Shown piece by piece: positions 1 to 15,700 of a stretch of DNA of 64,000 nt. The stretch lies in assembly GCA_036172245.1 (NCBI GenBank), contig JAYWIR010000001.1, positions 2,604,001 through 2,668,000 on the forward strand, given 5' to 3'. Source of the DNA: Raillietiella orientalis. Taxonomy: Eukaryota. The notes under the pieces are model-generated. The model did not search any database, had not been told where the DNA came from, and worked only from the letters and a program-made list of their open reading frames with translations. Each line of letters begins with the position of its first letter. The stretch's first letter is position 1. A program made the translations under genes and the position numbers.

Positions 1-600
1 CGTGTTAAAGAAATCACATTATCGAATCAAGTAGCAAATATATTTAAGCATGATGCTGCAATGGCAACAACCGAACAGCTAAGAACTGAAGGGAAAAAAT
101 CAGTTTCAATTCTTAATAGTACTTTTCAGTACATTTTCTGATTAAGATCATCAGTTCTTTGTTTACTATATTTCTGTCCAAAAATGTCAAAACATGCAAT
201 TATGCTCCTCAAATGGGAAAGGCTTATGCTTTCTCATTGAGAAAAATCACGCTGAAAATCAGAGTCCACTGAATCCATAAGGGTTAAGTGAATCAATTAA
301 TTCTTAAAATGCATTTATTTATGTATTGAATGTGTATTAAACCATGGCTAGTTCCATACTAATGTACTTCGAAATTCAAACTAACTTTCTTTAAGAAGTT
401 AATTTTGGCATCGTTCCATGGAAACAAAATGACCAGCAATCAGAGAATGTAACAGATACAATAGGAAATCTTTAAAAATCCTGTTCACATTCACAAAAAT
501 CATTACTTGCAAATTTGAAGGCATGCAATGCTTTATTATTATTCAATTATTTAGCCAGCCAGCATAACCAGTAGCAATAAACTAAAATGTAAACACTTAC

Positions 601-780
601 TTCCAACTTATATCGCAAATCACACTCAAAACTCTCCTTTGTAAATGCTATGTATTCAAATAAAGAATTATCATATTCTACAAATGAAATTGATGATAAT
701 TTGTTCACAGAGAGATCATCTCGTTTTAGCTTAGTTAATGTAGCAAGACGTGTAAGACCACCAGTAACCTTTTGAAATCG
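601..780 (-). CDS. WDFY3: WDFY3 exon 37 (last in window)
   Basis: RFQKVTGGLTRLA...; donor GAA|GTAAGT. Confidence 0.85.
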
Positions 781-3700
781 CTGAAAATAGTATGTAGAGA
801 TTTAATTCAAATAAAATGTTATAAACATACAGATTGTAGCTGAAAGTGAGTTTCACCTGGGATCTTGCCAAGATTTCTATTTTCGGTTTCAATGAATGAA
901 TTCCAGACTTTCAATGCATGTTCTTGTATCAGAGCATCCAAGTAGACATGTATGTGAGAATCAGAATAAAATGGAACCTTGAAAATCTACAAAAACCTAA
1001 GTAATTCACATTAAATGATCAACATAATAAAAAAATCAGTAAATAATTAACGTATACAGTGTAATGGAATTAAGAGTAATGACAGAACTGAGAAAACAAA
1101 GACAAAAAGCACTTAAAATGGGCTTTTACATGAAGTTTTAGAAAGAAATTTGCTGAAGGTGTAAATAGACGCAATAACAGAAAAAAAAATACAAAACAAC
1201 ATAAAAGAATTATCACCAAAATGAAATTCTAGTTAAGAATGTTTTAATCGTCTACCAATAGACTAAATTAAAAGACAACAGTGTTTTCTCTTAATGCAAT
1301 TTTATCTCATTACAAATAAATCTGATGCACTGATAAATGTTAGAAAAATCGCCTACCTCCTCAACGAGAGATTTTTTCTGTATAAGGACTTCTTTAATCA
1401 ATTCTTGTGCATAAAAAAGAATTTGTTCTCTTTCACTCTCTGGATAGTTATCAGAATATGGATTGACGTGCCATAAGGTATTTGTTTCCAATCTACACAG
1501 TCTTTAAAAACAAAAACGTTTGCTAACAGACATTACCTTATTGGAGCATCATTAATGATTTGGGACAAGCAGTATAAAAAACAAATAAAGAATTCACCCT
1601 CTTGATTACTGGCAGAAAATATGATTGATCTGGTAACGAATATAAAATAAGAAATTAAAAAAGGGAAATACCTTTCTTTGTAAAATTTTTTTAGTATACA
1701 CAACATACTAATTTTCATGTATTTGCTATGAGAAATCAAAAACAAAATTGTCCGGTTTAGACTATTATGGATGCTCTCGATATTCAGGTTTGCTTTAAAA
1801 ATTTGAGATTCAGAATGTGACAAAAGTTTCACAATGAAATCCCATACTTCCATTGATGCTTTCTCAAAAGTACCTAAAAATCACATAACATTAATTGTCT
1901 GAACCCAAAGCTTTATTAAATATTTATTGAGTGAAAAGCTTAAAGATCACTTCCTTAGAATGCATGAAAAAATATCCATAAAAAACTTAAATCAGCTACC
2001 TCTAAAATATACCTCTCTGAAAAATCTATAGAATATGTCTTAGTCGATTTCTCGTAAGCCAGTATTAAATTCGGTTACAGAAAAACGTACGAATGGAAAC
2101 CAGATACACACAAAAACGTAAAAAAAAGAAAAAATAATAATTCAGTAACTAAATTATTTAAATTTGCAACTGCAGTGCGATTAAATGAAGAATATACGCC
2201 ATATTCACACTATGCTATATTATCCATGGAAACTTTACCTCAAGCACTAGAAAATACTGATATATGAGATGTCCTGATAATCATTTTACACAACAATCTC
2301 GATGGAATTACCGTACGTGGCATTAAAAAAATGCATACATTATGATTTTCCTCAATTTTGCCTATTTCAGCAATCTTATATAAAGTGTTGATCACTTTAT
2401 ATAAGAAAATTTCAGTTTCATGTACAAAAATACTTAGTTTCATCATCTGACATTTTATGTGTTCTAAATGACCACACTAAAAAGTGGTTAATAAAATACG
2501 AGAAACTGTGTGCACTTCTATTCAGAATCTTCCTACAGAAGCTGGACGATTTTCGAAAATGCTTTTTAATCATTTAAGCTCACACATTCTTGTTTTTTTG
2601 TTATTTACAACGATGATCCTTGCTTCAGATAAAAACTATTCCAATATGTAAATAGGAATTTTAGATTCCAGCAATAACCAGAATTAATTTTCTCCTATTT
2701 TGCCCTTCATTTTCTCTTGTTTTCACCAGCAATTAATTATCAAACACACAGGCTTTGTATCAAAATATTCTTTGAAATCACTTTTACTGTCATGAAATAA
2801 AAAACGTTCTATCACAATACCAAAATTACGAACTATAAACTCAAGTTTAGAAATGCAGTAATAAATAAATAAATAGATAAAATATGCTGTTTTTCAGCTA
2901 CGTGATTATATTATTATTTTTTATTTATTTCTATTATTATTTTTTCCAGAATATGAGAACTTCCGATATTTTTTGATTTGCCAGCACTAAGATGCTCCCA
3001 TAGTAAATTGGAGTATGGGGTTTTCTTGAATTGGTTAGTAAGAATTCAAGTATCATTTTCAATAGTGCTTAAAAATATCAAGGAATTCAGTTAAGTGAGG
3101 AGCAGTCAATTGATCACTCAAAACCACCTTTCTACCTCTATTTCCTTAAGTCATGAGACTTGTGAAACAACTGAAACTGAAAGCATATAAACCCTATGAA
3201 AAAGCATCCTCAGAAGTCAAACAAACTAACTGCACCATTTGAATGACAAATAATCTAAAATCAGCTAACTGGGAATAGACTTAAAAATACTCATAAATCA
3301 TGTAGTAAAGACTAAGAAGCATCATGAGCAACAAAAAGTGAATTATAACAAACATACAATCAATCCCTATTCAAAAGCAGCCTGTTTTTTAAGAAATACA
3401 TCAAATATGCCATCCAGAAACCCACAAAAAAATTCCAATGCTTTATAATGGAGCATGAATCGCTAAATACATGAGACATATATAAATTCCTCCTATATAT
3501 TATGAACATACTAAAACTAGTTTTTCACGGTACACAAAACATACATGCACTAATATAACGAATATTCTTCGCTCATGTTACTTATACATGTTTGAACACT
3601 TGGAAATATTTCATATCAGCATTAATGTGTAATGCTTACTTCAAGCATGTAACCCAAACCATATTAACAAAATGTTTAAAACTTTATACGAATTGCTTAG

Positions 3701-6700
3701 TGAATGTAAATGAAGTTATAAATTTAGCACTGAAGTTTTAAATACTAAATCAGGATAAAAATACCATTTACATCCAATACCTTGCCACAATTTATCCACT
3801 ATTCTCATTACTAAATAGAACAAATTATGAACAAGATTGGTGTGAGATCCAGCAACTGTAACAGGGAAAATCCCAGATCCGATCGTCCCAGACATACAAA
3901 AGTATTCCATAATAGTTAGTAAAAGCTGCATCTGGATATCCAACAAGTGTGGGTGATCAGTGGCTTCAGGAACAACCTAAAATTCGAAAGTCATAAAATA
4001 AATGCAACATTATTAGCAAACAACGACTGCAAAATAACAGCTCAATATTGTATAAGGAAAAATATAACTTAGAATTTATAAATATCGACGGTATCCTGTT
4101 TGCTGAAACAGGTCATGAATAGTTCGTGCATTTCATAATTATTGATATCTTTATGTATCAAGCAATTATTTTTGTATGAAATCTTTAATTGCTATGGCCA
4201 AAGCATCTGCCAATTAAAAAACAATATTTGCTGATGACCTTATGATAAGGCAGCTTTGATAGTGGAGATTTCACAAACAAACCCAACAAAATTTTCATGA
4301 ATCCAGTATCGTTCAAATGCTGAACAGGATCTAGATCCAAATGACTCCAAGAAGCCAAATGCTTTTGAATTTTGTGGGAATTGTGAATGTAATTCATTTC
4401 TGAAACTAATTCAGATAAATTACAGTTATTTATGAATGCTAATTACTCAGACGTAAATAAGCATCTAATAATTATTATTTTAATTCAAATTTGAATTAAT
4501 TACTTAAGCAGCTTCCGTTAAATGAATTGCTGTAATTTTTTTCTAGGGTAATGTCGTTTAATTTTCTTGATTTCCCAGAATTCCCTGCGATAATTTTGTC
4601 AAACAAACTCTTCTAAACTCCCAATGCACCATAACATGCAGTTCTGCAATATCCCTTGATTTCATTACATGAGAAATTGTCTTTTTTCTGTCTGTTTTTA
4701 TTGCATTAAATCTGGTATAAGAGTTCCGTTAATGATCATAGATCTATCATTCATTTGCAATTGTATTTATTTATTTAGCATTACGAATATCCTTTTCCAT
4801 GCTTTTTACATAAAGTCAAAGTGGTTTTAGTTGTAAAATAATTACCGCATGCAAAAGATTTAAACCTTCCGAATTGAATACTCGCACGGAATCTGGAAGT
4901 AAAAACACATGGACAACGGCCGAATTAATCCTAAAATCAGGCTTAGTTATTGCAAATTATGCCAGCAAATACATATAAATACCGAAGCTCACGGATTTTC
5001 CATAATATACAATGCTTTCTAGAAGTTCAAGTTGAAATGAATACTTTCCTCGTTTAAATTATCAGCACCACATGAACCATAAAACAATCTGATTCGAATT
5101 CTAGAGTTTTGTTAACCTACGAATATTTGGTATTTTCAAGTGCATTTACTTAGAGTCACTACTACCCTCCTCCCTAAATACGGAAGTTTGCTTTTTCTTT
5201 TTAAGAATTTTACTTATGCTATTTCTAGACTAAACATTTTATTATGTATAATATCCAACATCTTTGCCTCATGATTGGAGCACAGATACAAAAATGAAAA
5301 TGCATTTTTATATACAATGATAAAAAAATCAATTCTAATTCTATCTGCATGGCAATAAAAAGCACATAACCAAGCTCAATTCTCATTCTATATTTTTGCC
5401 TAAAAGTATAAATGCTGATTTTACACTAGCTATTATTAGTGAACATGAATCTGTGTTGAATTCTGATGTATCCATGGTGAAGACACAGATTAATCTTAAA
5501 GTTTATGGTATTCTCCAAATGCAATGAACGAATACAGAAAATGTAATTCAAAGTATCACAAAGTGATGTAGTTTCAAAATCTTAAAATTAATCTCAACTC
5601 ACTTCTAAAATAATATCCAAAGCTGGTGACGTTTTGGAACTCCCTGATAGAGACAAGGAATCAACAACAATAATTTTTAAAAAATCCAAGACCAAACTTT
5701 TACAGGAAGAAATCATTAAAAGTTTCTCTTTCTTAGTTAGGCCTGAATTTGGCATAGCCATCTGAAAAAATTCAAATAGTGCAGCTTGTTTTCCCATAAG
5801 TAGTTTAATAAGCTTACAGTGCACGTTGGTTTACTTCTCTCGGGTTTGATTAAGTTGCTGCTTTCTTTGTCACTTTTATATGGCAAGCTTACATATACCA
5901 AAGAAGTCAAAATATCAGATGACATAAAAACTTGCTTATTTTCTGTACTGCTGTTATGATATAGATATAAAAGTATTTGGAGTATTGCCATTGAATACTC
6001 ATACAAGCATTCAGGAGATCTAATTTTGCAGAATTGAAAATGGGGAATCAATTTTTCAGACAACATTCAGAATTTTTCAGAATGTGATATAGAATGACAA
6101 ATCAGCTTTAGTAAAATTATATTTATGAGCAAATTTAAAATTCAAAACAAATTTATAATTCAAATAATTAATATTTCAAAAGAATTTAATGAAGAGCATG
6201 CAAAACATCAGGAGAACCCCAAGAAGTAAGGATAAATATTTTGTCTGCAACTTTCTAAAAAGATGATAAACTTCAAATACCAATTTTCCCATGATCGTTA
6301 AAAATCAAACTTTACTGTACATTTTAGCAAAGATATGAGAAAAGTAATCATAAGATGTACTCATAAAAAATCGGCGATAAATAACATTAAAAAAGATGAG
6401 GATAAATGTTTTGAATTCACAAGTTGTTAAATCAAATAAGACTCGATAAACTTATCTACTCATAGTTCAACAGAAAGATTTAGAAAACCGAACAAAAACT
6501 CTAAAATATTAGCACAAATGCACAATAACACTGCAGATAACTGCAACAGAGAAATGACTGAACTAAGAAAACAATTATACTAGAAAAATCTAATAGATTC
6601 GGATAAAAAGTAAGCAGTCTCCAAAAGTTTACACATGAAAATCATCATAACAGACAAATTAATTATGTTCGCTATGCAAGAACCTTTGATTTCAAGTTTG

Positions 6701-9700
6701 TTCCTAAAGTATTGAAGTATGCACTTTCAAGAGATCAAATCTAAATTGCAAAGAACTAAGTTAAAAGTCGAAATCTTCATCCCAACAATATTTTGATTAA
6801 GCAATCAAAAGCACTGGAAAATAGAATTTGGCATGATCCATGTTTACAATATGATTTCACAATTGATATTTTAAATTTAATTTCTCCGCGAATTTCAAGT
6901 AAATAATACATTATTAGTCAAGTTGGTCTCTCGAGTCTTAATTTTGTGACTTACTCATTAGTTATTTCATTAAGCAGGCTCCTAAGCATGCTCAGTAAGG
7001 ATACAATTGCTTCACCACATAAACTAAGATCCTTTAACACGTCAAGTGCAAATTGATGGCTTTCACTTGGTCCATAAAGGAAATTTAATGCTGAATCAAT
7101 ATCTAACTATGGAAGAGATTGTTAGTGCAATCGATCATATCGATAGTTCAGTAATTATGTCACTTAGATTATAAGATTCAAAAGCAAAACAATGATGCTT
7201 TTAATATACTTACTTTTTTACAATTTGGTAAGTGGCGAATAGGCTGCCCCAAAATAATAGCAAATAAAATGAAATATATATCAGGTATGTGTATGTGGTT
7301 TAACAAAAGTCGATTTAAATTACGAAATCCCGGTATATGACATAATAGGTTTTTTATTGCTTTGTCGTAATTAGGATTGACTTGATCTAAGGTTTTATCT
7401 CGAAGCACCATCCCTAGATAAATAATGAGGGTTTATGTGATATCATGATATTTACCTTCAGCATCTACTCGAAACTGGAAATTTGCTTCTCTAATCCATC
7501 CACCATTACATGAACCTTCTTGAAATTTTTGTAATAAATTTCGATTGGCAAATAAAACCGAGAGAATTTTCAGAGCCAATATCACGGTTGTTGAATGAAT
7601 ATTTGATTGAAGGAATAAGGTGATCCAATCAAATCCCAATGCACGAACGAAAGTTTCCGAGAAACTGTGAAGGCCAAAATAGGATGATACCAAAAAGATC
7701 GACAATTTATATAAAACTTACGCGGAATTTGGACCTTTATTTGTATACATTAGACTGTGTACAAAACACAGACACTTATTTCTTTTCTTTATGTTACTAA
7801 TGTATACCTTAGGAATGTCATCAAAAACATCATTAGTGCAGTCCACTAGAATATTTTCATCAAATGAACAACTCGGTAAAGTTGTTATAAGGAAATAACC
7901 TAGGCTTTAAAAACAAAAGTAAATACAATAGCTATTCAAAAAAAAAAAAAAACCTTTGTATATCACAAATTCTTGGATTATTTCCTATAAGAACTCCTAA
8001 GATAGTGTAAACTATTTCCAGGACAGAATTAGAGTTTTCACTCCATTTTAAAAGTTCTACAAACTTGAGAACAAAATTCATTTCTTGCATTACTTTTAGA
8101 TTTGTTTTTTGCTCTAGAGATTCAGTTAATAATTCAAAATAATGTGCATATAGTTTTTTTTGGAGATCTTCTGGTGCACTCTTCCACAGCTACGACAACA
8201 ATATAGTTAAAAATTTTTTTAAATATAACTGTGTAAAGAATATAACTTTAATACAAGTACACAACTTTGATGACAAAAACAGATCCAAGTTACAAGTTTG
8301 GGCCAATACGTACCTCTAATTCGGCCAACAAATCATTAAAAGCGCGTTTGTTCGGAATAGAACTGTATTCTTTGGAACTATCAACTGTTCCAACAAGATT
8401 AAATAGCAATTGAAGTGTGTGATTATTCATTAAATTCATCTTCTTGTAAATGAACAATGCAATAGTCTGAAAACAAAAACAAACACTAATTACGCACTAA
8501 TAAAACACTAATTAACTATACAAAACTAATTTGCAAATGATGAAAATTAATCTTCCCACAGGTCTGGAAGAATTAAAATAAAATGTACACACTTAATCAT
8601 CAAGGACAATGTCAGTATAATTCGGTAAGCTTAAAAGGTGGAAATCGAAATATCAAGTGTACACACATACAGATCTAGATCCCTAGGCAGATTTTCCATA
8701 AATCTGTATACTGTATTGTATACAGATTTACGAACAGAGTACAAATATAGGAATTTTTCAAGCTCTGATTAATTCATGATTTAGAAAATACATCATCGTC
8801 AATACTGAAAAATAATTTCTTAGAAGGATTGCTTAATACTTGATTCTCACCTCTAAGAAATACAAACAGAATATTTAAAAACAAAACAATTTTATAAGTC
8901 TGGAAATTTACAATCAAGTTAACTTGGATGTAGACTTCTGTGAATCGTTGAATTTTTTTTTAGATACTAGAAAAAACAAAACTGAGAAGTTAGGGAAAAC
9001 AGAGGATAAGTCACATGATCTATACTGAAAACACACTTTTGCTTAGATGAAACTACAACTTCATTCCAAATTATTGGAATCCCACTTTCTTTTGGACACC
9101 ATGAAATTTTTTAGAATTCATATATACTTTTAACATGTAGGTAGAGCCATTAGAAAGAAAACTTTAGAGAGCAGGGTAGATGACCAGCTGAAACGCACCA
9201 CATATTCAATGATACATCATCAATGTCTGCACGGAGTCAAAGATCAAACTTGATGCCCTTGTGTTGTTAATATCTGAATTAAAAAGCTAGAGATTCTTCA
9301 AAGACGACTTCAGATTTTCGAAGTATGTACTAATAAAACAATGATTCCAACAATTTTCGCTACATCTCAAGTTAGAAGTTCACCATTTACATAATAAAAT
9401 GAACTGTAAGAAATAAACATTTGCAAATTTATATTTTAAAATATCAAAAAGGTATTTCCAAACAAATGTAAAACTAAATCTACAAAATCGTTGTATTGAA
9501 ATAGGCAATTAATTCAGTTTTTTATTTAGAAACACTTTTAATTATTAAACATTAGCTGTTTGTAAACATGTATCCGTAAGAGAAGGACATGACTTATCTG
9601 ATCAAAAAAACAACTTTATGAAAGCATTTTCCGTACTTTGTTCATATCAAAGTTGCATTTGAGAACATACCATTTGAGGAATTATTAGTCTTTATAATAC

Positions 9701-12700
9701 AACAAACTTTAGATTCACTTACTTGATATCCTTTAATTCTCTCCATTTCCAGTGCTGCAGACCTGTTGCTTTTGATCACACATACCAATGCTTTTAATGC
9801 AGCATAAAGGCCTTCAGTATCAGTAACCATTGCAATTAGCGCTGCAAACACAAATATTAATAAAATCATGTATCAACAATTAATATTATTCATAAATCAA
9901 CAATTCTTAAGTATTTGCTTAATTAAGATCAATACACTTAGAATAAAACGATTTACGATAACAAATCATAGGTATGTTGTTTTTTCTGGAAACTTTCATG
10001 CTTGTCCATGCAGAATCCTGAGTGCTTTGGTTACGGAGTTGTCCCCAATACAAAAAAAATACTATAGTCATTTGAAGAAGCTTTTTTAATCACCATCAAT
10101 TATTAAATGGAGAATCTTCTTATCATACTTTGAGTCTTATTGTATTCAGTGCCTGATACACCATCAGTCTCACAAATAATTACTGAGAACAATTTTTTTT
10201 TTTTTTTAAAAAAATAATCATAATGCTGTCTGCTAAAATTTCAAATGCTTAGATGAACTGGACTGTTTGGACCTCAGTTAATTTACTCTGGTTATGTATA
10301 GTTTTTAATTCTGAACTTAAAACAATGCATTCGTATTTGCATTTGCACTTTGTACACTATAAAAACCTGACAGAATAGTCCCATTAATAAAAAAGAAAAA
10401 AAAACTGATTGAATAATGCTAAATTGAAACTCGAGTGCTAAAAGATAAAAAGACACCGTACCCTAAAAGAAAGACATTTCTAATTTTGCGTAATGGAAGT
10501 AAAGCCATGAAATTTAAATCATGAAAACTGAAAACACTAAACTGACAAGGCTTCTGAAAACCTATTGAGTCAATGACTTGCAAAACAACGTAGGTTGTAA
10601 GTGGTAAAAATAAACACAAAATTTAATACTTTTTGAGATGAAGGTGATTCTTCATAATAAGACATGAGAGCATACCATAAAAGTTCATTTAATCATACTT
10701 TAGTCTTCCATAATATGGTTAGAAAAAAAATATGCATGAAAGAAAAATCGTATGCAATATACTAAACAAAAAGCACAAATAATTTACAGCTGTTAATCAA
10801 AATGCAGAAAAGAGCCAATGGAATCTGTATTAGCTTAACAATCCATGATTCTCAAATTCAGAAAATCTCATGCAACCAAAAGTACAGTTCTTTGTTTAAA
10901 TATCAAGATAAACAAATAAAATGAACCATGGTTGTCATCATCTATTTACTAGAAAACCCCCAAAATTAAAATATGCATGCAATAACAATTAAACATATAT
11001 AATATATGCTTCACCAAACAAAAAATCAAACAATTCTAATTTTCTAAAGTGCACAATTTCTGAATAATAACAATCAAATTTGTATTGATTAGTTTTCCTG
11101 TATGCCTCCTGTAACTCACCAAGCATAATATTGCATCCACCAACACTACACACAGATTTGGCAATAGGGAATGGGCAGAAAACTCTTACTCCAAGGTATC
11201 CAATGATTACTGCACCTAAGCATCTTGCAGGCCCATAGAGATGCCCAGCAGAATTATGAATAACAGTTACAGGAGTTATGGAATCACTGGTAGGAATATT
11301 TAACTAAAAATCGGAAATAAAGCACAATATAATAAAATACAACAAAAGCACATGAATCAGTTACTTGTTTGGCTATAGCTTTTGTATCATGCTTGCTATA
11401 TACTTTGCGGATTCTTGACATTGTAAGTTGGGATGCAGCAATGGCATTAATGCCAAATATTATTTTTTCTTCTGAAACTAAAGACTCTAGTGCTTTGTAC
11501 TTCTGAAACACTTTAAATAGAACATGAAATAAATACACTTGATACTACACCAGATAATCAAACTTAATTCTACAACAGTCACAAATGTTAACAATGAACA
11601 AATAAGAAATTTTTCCTTAGTCTCTGTTGTAAAATCTGACCCAATGATACATCACATTACATTCTTTAATTAATAAATAAGTATAAAAAGATGATTTTTC
11701 ATTAGCTGCATAATCAGTAAAATGCCCACAAAAACATTCAGAATATCAGAACTTAAAAATATGTTGCAATTATATGAATCTGCATTTTTAACACAAAAAC
11801 AAAGTGATGAGCAAAGTAAGAATGGGATTTTTAGTACACAAATTCTGAGCCTAATTTCTAAATACACTGAGTGCAAAAAAAAAAAAGATACTAAATAAAA
11901 TTCTTAAATCAATTGCATTCAAGACTAAAAAGTAATTTATTATTATGAATGAAAACTTTTATCCATTAATTTTGAGTATAATTTTCAAAATGACAATACC
12001 AGTTAACTCTGGTGCCTGAAAACTGCCCAAATAACTTGTTCCTAGGTGGAATATGGACAGTACGTTTTGATGAGTCAAAATTTCTTCAATTAAATAGCAA
12101 GGTCCCTTGAAGAAAATAAATCGCAACATGTACCATTTACAAAATACAAACATACTTGTTTCCAACATAGCTGACTAAACTTTCGAAGAAATGGTGGAGT
12201 ACCTATATATGCATACACGAAATTTGTGTGTGCTATATGCATTATATTATTTTCAGGATTTTGAGATATGTAGTGTAACTAAAATGAAATAAAACATTAA
12301 AAAATATAAGAATATCAATCAGCTGATAAATATATAAACACAGTAGATAAATATTCTTATATTTATCTACTGTGCTTATATTCCAGTGCAAAACTCAAAA
12401 ACAAATTCAAACGCTACACTGATTTCTTACTAATTAGCCAGTAAAAAAGTAAACAGTAAAACTTTCTTGTGATTTTAGTATGCGCTACATGAAGCAAAAT
12501 GCATTTTAGCTCATACTTTTTATATACATATTTATCGATATATTTTTTAAACGTTCAAGAGGCATTTGGTTGCACTAATTTCTTTTCTGAATCTAATTTG
12601 GCTTAATTTTTTGTTGAAAAGATGGAATATCATGAACAACATAAAGTATTAGAAAACATGATATAAAATTTGTAAATAATTGCTTTGATTTTCACAAAGA

Positions 12701-15700
12701 ATTACCATGAAATAAGCTATCAGCAGTGAATAAACTAAATCCATGCTTACACCAAGAAACAGAAACTTTGAAATGCAAATTACTAAATGTATAAAACTAA
12801 TATCATCTTTTAAAAACTCAAATAAAATGTAGATAAACACAGCCATTTGAAAAAAACAAAATGATCTATGATCAGGGAATAGGATGAATTTTATCATATT
12901 AAGTGAAAATTAGCTTATGCTAGTTGCAAAAGTTTAGTAGCATTTGAGCTTGCAGCTTCAATGAGAACTAAAAAATGATTTTCATATACAAAATTTAAAT
13001 AAAGCTGCTCCTAAAAGCCACAATGTATCAATTTTTTTATACTGATTATCTACATATATCAACATTATCGTATTTTTTTATTACAGGAAAATATCATCAA
13101 ATTTGACACTGATGTCAACAAACCTTACTTTGAATGGTTTCTCTTGAGAAATGTGTTGACCATCAATATAAATCTGAAGTGTTGCGTTCTTAAGAACTGT
13201 TCTATTCATTGTTATTACAAGATGATGCCAATGTTTCTCTTTGATGATCTCTGCTAACCCAATTCGAACTGCCCAGTCATTATTATCTGTATCTGGTTCC
13301 CAGTCGACATTTAAATCTTAATGAAGTGAATTTATATTAAAATGTTGTCCATTATCGATAAAAGTTCACTTTCGAACACAAACAACAATTTAGATTGAAA
13401 TTTTCAACATAAGTAAATGTCTTCATAACAAAAACCAGCATTTAAGAACTACATTTGCTACAATCTCAAGAATTCAATTTTGTTTTCAAAAATCGCATAA
13501 AATATCAGACAACTGTCCGGGTCAAAGCCATGCTGGCACTTAAGAAATTGGATGCTGCTTTCCAGTCGAAATTTCCTTTTGCAAAGAACTGTACTTAGTT
13601 TACATTAATTAATTAACGGTTTTAAATAATATGCATCTTTCAGCATTGTTGGCAAAACTTAATACATTTGATTACTCTGCTCATTCGGAAGATATAAAGA
13701 TACAGCAATACGACCCAAATAACGAATAAGATAATAAAAACTTAAATCAGTATTTCCGAATGATTGAATCACAATTCATATAAAAATTACAAAATCGCAC
13801 GGACTAGCCACTGAAAGAATAAACTGTCCATTTATTTAAATGAGTCCACGTTATTCAGATAACTTAACAGAATTGCACATAAATTACAGTACACATAACT
13901 TACAGCATATCATAAGTTACAAAAAAGGGTGCTGAGCTTATGATGACCTCAGCAATGGATGATTAAATGAAAACAAAAATCAAAACAGCTACTTAACAAG
14001 TAACCAAAGTAACTAAACAATTAAAGATCCATATTATGATTAATCACACCCCCAAATTTATTGAAACTGAAATTCCAACGAAAACATAGCTGTTGAAAAT
14101 CAATCCAAGAATCATCAGTACATATCAAATGCTATCAAAAATGCCATCAAACAAAGCAAAACACGAAAAGTCTAGGGCTTTTGGGAGTTAAAGTTAATTA
14201 TTCAATACGATCTTAAGTTAGTATCATAAGCAACAATTACATGGAGAAAATTCTAGCAACAGATTTTTGGTTGACCTTCAAAAAACTAAAGAAAAATTCC
14301 GGGAACTGTAACGTAAACACACCGATTTTTGAATTTTTCCATGCAATTTAAAGAGAAAATAGGAATTCAACACAAAATTCAAAATCCTCATTGCAAGAAT
14401 GTGCTCAAAATCGTAGAAAAACAGGATTTAAGTACATAACTAAATTCATTAAATTCTGAACTAAACTTAGACTAAAATTTGCCAGCGAGTACTACATGAC
14501 TTGAATATTTTCTTGTACAAGCAACATATTTAGTTTATTTAGTATTATTTTTTCCTTGGAATACATCTATCAGAAAAATCGACAATATTAAATACTTTTC
14601 ATAATTCAGTGAAATGTCAACATAATGAAGTACTGGAAAAAAAAAAAAAAAAGAGTGTACAAAGTGCATTAACACTACTATTATTTGTTTGTGCTGAATA
14701 ATGAAACAGGACATTTTTGTCATATACTGTGTTGGAGGTGATAAATTCATATGGCACATTTCAGAAAGGAAAAATACAGAATACATGAAAATTTTACAAA
14801 ACCACAAAAGCATTTTGGATGGAATAGACACTCTTTTGAAACCATATCTGTTTCAAACCGAATTCCAATTCCTAACAAAAAACAAAAGCATTCTTCATAA
14901 CAAGGCTACACCAAAAAACTTCATAACTTGAATCTATAGGTGCTTCCAAAGCTTTTTTCAAATTGGCTGTGGGTTGAAACACCGATAATTATTGGCAATA
15001 CATCTCCAAATAATACAACAGATTTACTCAATTCTTTCCATCCATTTGCAATGAAAGAAAAGCATTAATTTGATTATTGAAATCCCTAATAAGCATTCGT
15101 AATAACGGGACAATCCATTACTTTGATAGTTATAGCAGCTGCTTTCATTTAAAAACACTTTAAAAACTAATAAACTTTCTCAAACTTTATTATTTGTTTG
15201 ATAAGATTCTGCATACTATCATTATTGTTCAATTGCATCAATTTTTTTAAAACAAGTACTTAGTAAAACGAAATGATGACTATATCGGTATTCAAAATTC
15301 AATAGTTCTGCAAACTTAGTTTTTCAATTGCATTTTATTTATTGCATTTTATTTTATTTATTTATTGTTTTAGATAAAATCCATTACCAGAAAATGATTT
15401 TTCCTGTGTTGATATTCGAAGAGCTTTATCTTTTGCAGACAACATAATCTGGAAACATACACAATATTTTTCTTTGGAATTAAGGTACCGAAACAAAGTT
15501 AGTAGCCTTATTGGATGAGAATCCACCTTGGGATTGGAGAATTTTTCTATACAAAACCAAGAAGAGTACGTGAACCCATTTTGTGGTGGAAAGGTTCTGT
15601 CACCTGAAAAAGCAAGTTTAATTACAAGCGATGCAAACTTTATTCATGTGACAATCAATAAATCAGTCATCCATTTAATTTTAAAAACAACGATGACTGA

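Noticed and set aside
4185-4397. Intronic ORF, with an FADD word on the opposite strand
   Set aside because: Not needed for the WDFY3 frame; stops nearby and no other RT motifs.
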